This document shows, piece after piece, positions 57,989 to 64,000 of a stretch of 64,000 nucleotides of DNA. Made by a program: the position numbers and the translations under genes. The notes beneath the pieces are model-generated. The model did not search any database and was not told the origin of the DNA. It saw only the letters and a program-made list of their open reading frames with translations. This DNA comes from Gemmatimonadales bacterium UBA1142. Its GTDB lineage: Bacteria; Gemmatimonadota; Gemmatimonadetes; Longimicrobiales; Gaopeijiaceae. How positions within the stretch are numbered: position 1 is the first letter of the stretch; every line of letters starts with the position of its first letter. The stretch is from assembly GCA_002311875.1 (NCBI GenBank), contig DCAD01000029.1, positions 35,597-99,596 of the forward strand. The letters run 5' to 3'.

Positions 57989-59340
57989 ACCGATCCGCAC
58001 GCGAGTGCCGTGAATAATCGGCCTCGTTCTTCATAGTTATCGAACATATCGAAGCTTGAACAAGCGGGTGACAGAAGAATCAGATCACCCGGCTCTGCCA
58101 GTGTTGCCGCACGCTGAATCACCGATTCCAGGTCCCCTTCGACCAGCACCGCCTTTCCCACCTCGCGGACGATCCGAGGCCCTGCCGCACCATACGCGAG
58201 GATCGCGCGTATATTGGCTCCGGGTGGCACAAGTGCTCTGAAGTCCTCACCCTTGTCGACCCCACCCAGCAGGAGAACAGTCGGAAGCAGCAGACTCTCT
58301 AGAGCACTGCGCGTGGCCGCAACATTTGTGGCCTTGGAGTCGTTAACCCAAATAACTCCATTGCGGTCAGCCACGAGTTCAAGCCTGTGCGGTAGGGGCG
58401 TGGCAGTGCGCAGGCCAGTCATGATTGATTCGTCTTGAACTCCGACCAGGTGTGCGGCTAATGACGCTGCCAGCGCATTCCGGATATTGTGCCGTCCAAG
58501 GAGTGAGAGCTCTTCCGCCTCCAGCAGTGGTTTCAAATGATCTTCGGCACGCAAAGTTAGGATGCCGTCGGTCAAGAAAGCGTGACTCCCCGATTCCTCG
58601 AATTCCCCGAAATAGAAACGGTTCCCAGGAGCGTCGCCGATGAGTGAACCCACACTATCGTCGCCTGCAGGTAAGACCCAGATACTCTGGTCATCTGCGT
58701 TGTCGAATATTTTCGCCTTGTCCGCGTAATACGCCTCAAGGCACGGGTACCAGTCCAAATGATCCGGAGACAAGTTGGTCAGCACGCCAACCTGGGGGCT
58801 GAATGTCTCAATCCCGGAGAGCTGGAAGGAACTGATCTCAAGCACATACCAGTCCGGGGGATGCTGCAAGAGCGCGAGCTCTGAAGCGGGCGGGGCGAGC
58901 CCGCCTCCCACGTTTCCGCCCACGGCAACACGTAGCCCTGCCTCTTCGAGCAGGTGTCCCAGAAGCAAGGTCGTGGTCGTTTTTCCATTGGTACCCGTGA
59001 CGGCAACTAGTGGACCAGAGAAGAACCGAAAAGCGAATTCAGGCTCGGAGATCCACCCAACACCGCAATCCTGGAGTGCTCTGAGTACCGGGGCGTGAGG
59101 GGGGATTCCTGGACTGACCACGACCATGTCGGATCTCGCCAGTCGCTCGATATCGTGTCCTCCCAGTTCAACCCGGGCGCCCCTTGCTCGCAGGTCGGTT
59201 CGACGAGCTGCAGCCTTTGGTTCAATGCACAGATCCGAGACATAAACATCTCCTCCCTTATCGAGGGCCAATCGAGCCGCAGCAACACCGCTAGCTCCGA
59301 GGCCGATGACAGCTATGTGTGCTCCACTCAGTCCGCTCAT
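57985..59340 (-). CDS. murD: UDP-N-acetylmuramoylalanine--D-glutamate ligase
   Basis: VIGLGASG, VTGTNGKTTTT, LSPACSSFD. Confidence 0.94.
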   Translation of the reverse strand: MSGLSGAHIAVIGLGASGVAAARLALDKGGDVYVSDLCIEPKAAARRTDLRARGARVELGGHDIERLARSDMVVVSPGIPPHAPVLRALQDCGVGWISEPEFAFRFFSGPLVAVTGTNGKTTTTLLLGHLLEEAGLRVAVGGNVGGGLAPPASELALLQHPPDWYVLEISSFQLSGIETFSPQVGVLTNLSPDHLDWYPCLEAYYADKAKIFDNADDQSIWVLPAGDDSVGSLIGDAPGNRFYFGEFEESGSHAFLTDGILTLRAEDHLKPLLEAEELSLLGRHNIRNALAASLAAHLVGVQDESIMTGLRTATPLPHRLELVADRNGVIWVNDSKATNVAATRSALESLLLPTVLLLGGVDKGEDFRALVPPGANIRAILAYGAAGPRIVREVGKAVLVEGDLESVIQRAATLAEPGDLILLSPACSSFDMFDNYEERGRLFTALACGSV

Positions 59341-59386
59341 TCCACTTACTCCGAGCGGATTCTTCGATCCAATACGGCATGTTCTA

Positions 59387-60493
59387 TCACCTGATTTTCA
59401 GGGTGCTAATGGCTAGCATTGCAAACAGGATCCCAACAATCCAAAAGCGCGTCACCACTTTCGTCTCAGGCCAGCCAAGTTCTTCGAAGTGGTGATGGAT
59501 GGGTGCCATCTTGAAGACGCGGCGCCCTTCCCCGAAACAGCGGCGCGTGTAGACGAAGTAAACCCTCTGGACGATTACTGAGAGCGTTTCCACCACGAAA
59601 ATCCCACCAACGATCACAAGCAGAAATTCAGCCTTCAGCAAGATCGCCATTACTCCCAAAGCACCTCCGAGAGCCAACGACCCTGTATCCCCCATGAAGA
59701 CCTCGGCGGGATAGGCGTTGTACCACAGGAAACCAATCGCTCCCCCTGCGAGTGCGACCGCAAATATGGTTAGCTCGCCTGCACCTGGTAGGTAGAAAAA
59801 TCCTAGGTAGTTGGACATGTCGAATCGCCCGGCGATGTAGGCGAAAATACCGAACGCCACAGCTGCTATCGCGGCCAGTCCTGCTGCAAGCCCATCGAGT
59901 CCGTCCGTGAGGTTTACCGCGTTCGACGAACCGGATACCACAATCCCCGTGAATAGGATAAACGACCAAGCGGTAAATCGTGCTTGGACATCCGATAGGA
60001 ACGGTACGGCGGTCACGGTAGATGGATGGGGTGAGATCTGGTTGAACACTAGGAATGCTCCCAAAGCAAGTCCGAAGCTCCACTGGCCAATCATCTTGTA
60101 CCTGGCGACCAGACCGCGTGTCTTACCGTGCACAACCTTGAGATAGTCATCAAGGAATCCGATCGTCCCCATCCAAATGAGCGAGACAAGGGCAATCACG
60201 GTGTACGGGTTGGTTAATTCCGCCCAAAGGAGAGTGGAAAGAACAGTAGCGATGATGATGATCACGCCACCCATCGTCGGGGTCCCTGCTTTTGACCAAT
60301 GCGATTCAGGGCCTACCTCACGAACGATTTGGCCGACTTTCGCGTGCTGAAGACGTCGAATAACCATTGGACCAAACACGAACGCGATCACGAGGGAGGT
60401 CACGACCGCTCCTGCCGCGCGGAACGTGATATAGCGGAATACATTGAAGACGAAATTAATGTCCGAGAGACCGGGCATGAGGTGGTAGAGCAT
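59387..60493 (-). CDS. mraY: Phospho-N-acetylmuramoyl-pentapeptide transferase
   Basis: GTPTMGG, DDYLKV, NAVNLTDGLDGLA, APIHHHFE. Confidence 0.96.
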   Translation of the reverse strand: MLYHLMPGLSDINFVFNVFRYITFRAAGAVVTSLVIAFVFGPMVIRRLQHAKVGQIVREVGPESHWSKAGTPTMGGVIIIIATVLSTLLWAELTNPYTVIALVSLIWMGTIGFLDDYLKVVHGKTRGLVARYKMIGQWSFGLALGAFLVFNQISPHPSTVTAVPFLSDVQARFTAWSFILFTGIVVSGSSNAVNLTDGLDGLAAGLAAIAAVAFGIFAYIAGRFDMSNYLGFFYLPGAGELTIFAVALAGGAIGFLWYNAYPAEVFMGDTGSLALGGALGVMAILLKAEFLLVIVGGIFVVETLSVIVQRVYFVYTRRCFGEGRRVFKMAPIHHHFEELGWPETKVVTRFWIVGILFAMLAISTLKIR

Positions 60494-61896
60494 CAGGCTT
60501 CACCCGCCGCGACACTGTTACTCCCGCTACCAAAGTCAGCTTCCAGAAGCGGGATCATAGCCTCCAGGGCGATTCCCCTCGAAGCCTTGAGAAGAAGAAC
60601 CTCGTCCCCTTCGAGCCAGTCACTAAGTGCTGGGTAGGCCTTCCTCCAATCCTGAGCTCGCAGAACCTTGGGCTCATCCGCTTCCAGCGCCTCGGCGGCC
60701 TCAGCGAATCCTCCCGTCGCCACCACTAAATCGATATTCAGGCCGAGCGCGTATTCGAGGATTTCTTCATGGAGACGGGGAGCTTTATGACCCAGTTCCA
60801 ACATGGTACCCAGTACGGCAACAGTACGTGAATTAGCAGGCTGGTCATTGAGCAGTTCGAGCGCGGCTCGCAAGCTTTGTGGGTTAGCATTGTAACAATC
60901 GACAACCACTCTCAGGTTCCCGATCCGGCGGATTTCACCGCGGAGCGAAGAAACTTCAGCGGAGGCCAGCCCACGGATGGCATCCCTGGGACTCACACCC
61001 ACGAGTTCGGCAATCGCCAGTGAGATCAGAGCGTTCGCCACAGAATGACGGCCTGGCAGTGCGAGGGTCACCGGGTGACCCCGCCACCGAAAGTGATGCC
61101 CCCCGAAAACATCGACCTCGACCTGCTCTGGTCTGAGATCAGCATCAGCTCGTTCGCTCCAACCCGCAATGCGAAGGTTCGAGCAGAGTGCCTTCGCGGC
61201 GTCCACCAGTGCTGCAGGCTCATCACCAACAACACAGAGACCGCCCGCTGTCATGCCCCTAAATAAGTCTAGTTTTTCGTTCAGCACACCTGCAAAGGAA
61301 CCGAGCTTATCGAGATGGCTCTCGCCTACCGTCGTCACAACCGCAATGTCTGGGCGAGCTATCGCGGAGAGCGTTGAAATCTCTCCCGGCTTGTTCGAGC
61401 CCATCTCGAGTAGGACAACATCTACCTCTGTAGGTGTTGAGAGTAGAGTCAGCGGCATCCCGATGCGGTTGTTGAGATTACCGGGAGTCGCATGCACCGA
61501 CCGTGTCATCCCGAGCGCAGCGCGGGTGAGGTCCTTTGTCGTAGTCTTTCCCGATGAGCCCGTGATTCCAACAACGGGGACCTCGAGAGAGGTACGTCTA
61601 AAAGTCGCCAGTGATCCGAGCGCTTCTAGGGTGTCGTCTACAGGGTAGAGCGGGGCACTCGGCTTGGCCTCTACTGGCCTGGAAACCACCGCGCCGGCCG
61701 CCCCCTTAGCCAAGGCGTCCGCCACAAAGTCGTGACCATCAAAGCGCTCACCAACGAGTGCCACATACAGCGCTCCCTCCGCAACCGAGCGCGAGTCCGT
61801 AGAAACGCCAGCATACTCTAGGGACGGGTCAACTAGGTTGGCACTCAGATCTAGCGCCTGTCGGACGGAATGGTCGGTCCAAGTGAACTGACTCAT
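60493..61896 (-). CDS. murF: UDP-MurNAc-tripeptide--D-Ala-D-Ala ligase
   Basis: GITGSSGKTTTK, Mur-ligase central and C-terminal domains, synteny. Confidence 0.93.
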   Translation of the reverse strand: MSQFTWTDHSVRQALDLSANLVDPSLEYAGVSTDSRSVAEGALYVALVGERFDGHDFVADALAKGAAGAVVSRPVEAKPSAPLYPVDDTLEALGSLATFRRTSLEVPVVGITGSSGKTTTKDLTRAALGMTRSVHATPGNLNNRIGMPLTLLSTPTEVDVVLLEMGSNKPGEISTLSAIARPDIAVVTTVGESHLDKLGSFAGVLNEKLDLFRGMTAGGLCVVGDEPAALVDAAKALCSNLRIAGWSERADADLRPEQVEVDVFGGHHFRWRGHPVTLALPGRHSVANALISLAIAELVGVSPRDAIRGLASAEVSSLRGEIRRIGNLRVVVDCYNANPQSLRAALELLNDQPANSRTVAVLGTMLELGHKAPRLHEEILEYALGLNIDLVVATGGFAEAAEALEADEPKVLRAQDWRKAYPALSDWLEGDEVLLLKASRGIALEAMIPLLEADFGSGSNSVAAGEA

Positions 61897-63389
61897 GCGA
61901 CACCCAGCTCTTCTAGGCAGTCCTGGACAATCGCTCGCTCGTCGAAGGGTCGCCGCTCATCACCAACCACTTGATAGGTTTCGTGGCCCTTCCCAGCTAA
62001 GACCACCGTATCGCCTGCTTGGGCTGTGGCGAACGCAAACCGAATGGCGTCGCGCCGGTCAACAACACGCTCGTGAACTCCGCCGTTTAGTCCCTTGACG
62101 AGGTCATCAAGGATCTGGTCAGGATCTTCTGTCCGGGGATTATCAGAGGTGAGCACCACGACGTCAGCAATCCGCGCGACAGTCGCTGCCATTGGACCAC
62201 GCTTGATCCTGTCCCGGTCACCGCCCGCACCGAAGACGACGATAAGTCGACCTTTCGTTAGGGGGCGTAACGCCTCAAGGACGCTATTGAGCGCTGCCGG
62301 TGTATGAGCGAAATCGATAAAAACCTTAAACGGCTCGGTTGCCACTACCTCGAGTCGTCCCGCGACCGGAGGCGCAGTGGAGAGCCTTAGGGCGATTTCG
62401 TCGAACGAAAGGCCGTAGGCTATGCCCACAGTAGCTGCGGCTAGTGCATTCTCGATGTTGAAGTGAGCAAGCAGTGGTAAATGCACCTCCCGCCGCTCGC
62501 CATCGACCACTAGGGTAAAGTCCGAACCATTCGGACCCATACGGACTGACTCTGCCCGGACATCAGCCTCATTGTCGACAGCGAACGTGCGAACTGATCG
62601 CCCACTCGCATCCAATTTGCTCCAGGCAGGATCATCGCCGTTCACAACTAGAGTTCCTCGAGAAGCGATGAGTTCTACAAGATGGGCCTTAGCTCCGAAG
62701 TACTCAGCAATATCCCTATGGTAGTCTAAGTGATCGTGGGAAAGATTCGTGAAGACTCCCACGTCGAAGACAACCCCATCGATACGATGCTGATCAAGCG
62801 CGTGTGAGGAAGCTTCCAACACGACCGCTTCCATAGCCCCATCAGCTAGCTGTTGAAGGAAAACTGCGACCTGGACGGGACCGGGGGTCGTCAGCCCCTC
62901 TGTGCCCGGACGAACACCTTGATCATCGAAAACACCAAGAGTCCCAATCGCAGCCGCAGGTCCTTTCTGTTCCATCAGGTGCCGGGCGAGAAGAGCGGTC
63001 GTGGTCTTTCCGTTGGTACCCGTAACACCAACCGTGAACATGCATCTGCTTCCGCTACCGATGACGTCGCGTGCGACTAACGCGGCTGCACGACGTCCAT
63101 CTGTAACGACGAGCTGGGGCACCTCGACATCGACCTTATGTTCTACAACTGCTGCGACCGCTCCACTGATGGCAGCAGTACTGATGAAGTCATGTGCATC
63201 CACCGAATCTCCGCGCCAAGCGAGGAACAGATCACCGGGTCGTGCCTTTCGTGAGTCTTGGCATACCCCTATAACGGCGAGATCCTCCGGACCGTGGAAC
63301 TCCCTAAGGAGTCCAGCCGCCCGGAGGATCTCACTCACCGTACCTAGGGTGGAAGCAGTCTCAATCACGGTTCGCCCTCGGACGCACAA
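61893..63389 (-). CDS. murE: UDP-MurNAc-L-Ala-D-Glu--2,6-diaminopimelate ligase
   Basis: VTGTNGKTTT. The DNPR motif (TSDNPRTEDP) is associated with meso-DAP specificity. Confidence 0.93.
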   Translation of the reverse strand: MCVRGRTVIETASTLGTVSEILRAAGLLREFHGPEDLAVIGVCQDSRKARPGDLFLAWRGDSVDAHDFISTAAISGAVAAVVEHKVDVEVPQLVVTDGRRAAALVARDVIGSGSRCMFTVGVTGTNGKTTTALLARHLMEQKGPAAAIGTLGVFDDQGVRPGTEGLTTPGPVQVAVFLQQLADGAMEAVVLEASSHALDQHRIDGVVFDVGVFTNLSHDHLDYHRDIAEYFGAKAHLVELIASRGTLVVNGDDPAWSKLDASGRSVRTFAVDNEADVRAESVRMGPNGSDFTLVVDGERREVHLPLLAHFNIENALAAATVGIAYGLSFDEIALRLSTAPPVAGRLEVVATEPFKVFIDFAHTPAALNSVLEALRPLTKGRLIVVFGAGGDRDRIKRGPMAATVARIADVVVLTSDNPRTEDPDQILDDLVKGLNGGVHERVVDRRDAIRFAFATAQAGDTVVLAGKGHETYQVVGDERRPFDERAIVQDCLEELGVA

Positions 63390-64000
63390 TGAGCGCTACC
63401 GTGTCCCCTCGAACGACTCGCATCCCGGGTCCGGGCTCCGTGCCAAGTATCTCTCCACCTAGCGGACCGGAGACGCGTAAGCCCAGGGCATGGAGTCGCC
63501 GGACTGCTATCCGAGAAGGCACTCCAGCTAACCTCGGAACCGAGATCCCATCACCCGTAACCATACCGTTGGCAAGTCCCATCCCTATCGGCATTGCTGG
63601 TTCATCTAGCCCTGCTTTTGGAGCATCAAGCTCTTGATTTGCGAAGACAGCACCTGAGCCAAAGGAAGTTGTGGGGGTATAAACTCGGCCAGACTCCACT
63701 AGACGCTCCCGATCGATATGCGTCGCACTAGCAGCCAGTGCAGCTTCCATTGTGGCTCGGGTCACCGGCGCAGCCACAGCACCCCCGTAATAGGTGCCTT
63801 GAGGGCGCTCCAGCTTGACAACGACCACGAGCTGTGGGTCGTCCGCCGGGAAAAACCCTACGAACGACGACCAGTAGGCTCCGCTCTCGTATCCAGCTTC
63901 TGGAGAATAAAGCCTCGTCGTACCGCTCTTACCCGCAACCTGGAACGTGCCAAGCTGCGCCGAGGTGCCGGTTCCATCTTCAACAACATCCACCAACACT
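63361..64000 (-). CDS. ftsI: Penicillin-binding protein 3 (FtsI-type transpeptidase), C-terminal part with a PASTA domain; gene continues beyond the right edge
   Basis: The frame is open to the window end. K-[ST]-G box (AGKSGT). The C-terminal 60 aa (ISVPRLAGVPSRIAVRRLHALGLRVSG...GDTVALIV) look like a PASTA domain. Position upstream of murE. Confidence 0.85.
   Translation of the reverse strand, partial: VLVDVVEDGTGTSAQLGTFQVAGKSGTTRLYSPEAGYESGAYWSSFVGFFPADDPQLVVVVKLERPQGTYYGGAVAAPVTRATMEAALAASATHIDRERLVESGRVYTPTTSFGSGAVFANQELDAPKAGLDEPAMPIGMGLANGMVTGDGISVPRLAGVPSRIAVRRLHALGLRVSGPLGGEILGTEPGPGMRVVRGDTVALIVRPRANRD

Noticed and set aside
57441-58034. 197-aa minus-strand ORF overlapping ftsW in another frame
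   Set aside because: It is on the same strand as ftsW but out of frame. The ftsW frame carries the SEDS motifs, while this frame is Arg/Pro-rich.
1-64000. CRISPR arrays, insertion sequences, integrases, toxin-antitoxin or defence-system genes
   Set aside because: None were seen. There are no spaced direct-repeat arrays, and every ORF over 130 aa is accounted for by a housekeeping family or one of the few hypotheticals listed. There is no compositional island apart from the two AT-richer promoter-like gaps.

Overview
This 64-kb window is a densely packed (about 95% coding), moderately GC-rich bacterial chromosomal segment made almost entirely of conserved housekeeping genes. I saw no rRNA, tRNA, CRISPR array, transposase, integrase or phage genes. 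All calls rest on motifs read by eye in the ORF-track translations; no homology search was run.

Gene order, left to right:
- The 5' end of an RNase E/G-family gene, followed by about 580 bp of non-coding sequence.
- A methylmalonyl-CoA cluster: carboxyltransferase, a methylmalonyl-CoA mutase (MCM) split into catalytic and B12-binding subunits, and meaB.
- mgtE, then ybeY, a 7TM-HD (pgpH-like) gene and phoH.
- aspS, a VanZ-like gene, rlmN, lepB, a LytR_C-domain gene and a yqeK-like HD gene.
- trpA-B-F-C and trpD, with lexA lying on the opposite strand between trpC and trpD.
- truA, tal and htrA.
- A purine operon purB-purC-[psd-pssA]-purS-purQ-purL-purF, then fbp.
- A long minus-strand run: alr, a lipoprotein, a beta-barrel outer-membrane protein (OMP), mtaB, miaB and a LapA-like gene.
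- mazG, a D-2-hydroxyacid dehydrogenase, asnS and recG.
- A vWA/BatA-like membrane protein and an M23 peptidase.
- A complete dcw (cell division / cell wall) cluster tail: ftsZ-ftsA-ftsQ-murC-murG-ftsW-murD-mraY-murF-murE-ftsI.

The outer-membrane-type proteins, split MCM, split purS/Q/L and a PASTA-bearing PBP3 suggest a diderm outside the Proteobacteria, possibly Gemmatimonadota or the FCB group. This taxonomic guess is low confidence.

I found no clear novel system such as a defence island. The most interesting items are:
- A translationally coupled lipoprotein plus beta-barrel pair of unknown function.
- lexA embedded antisense in the trp operon, with its start codon overlapping the trpC start codon and a phased TTCGG repeat in the shared region.
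- The long non-coding region upstream of the RNase E/G gene.
- Phospholipid genes embedded in the pur operon.
- An uncharacterised vWA-like membrane protein.
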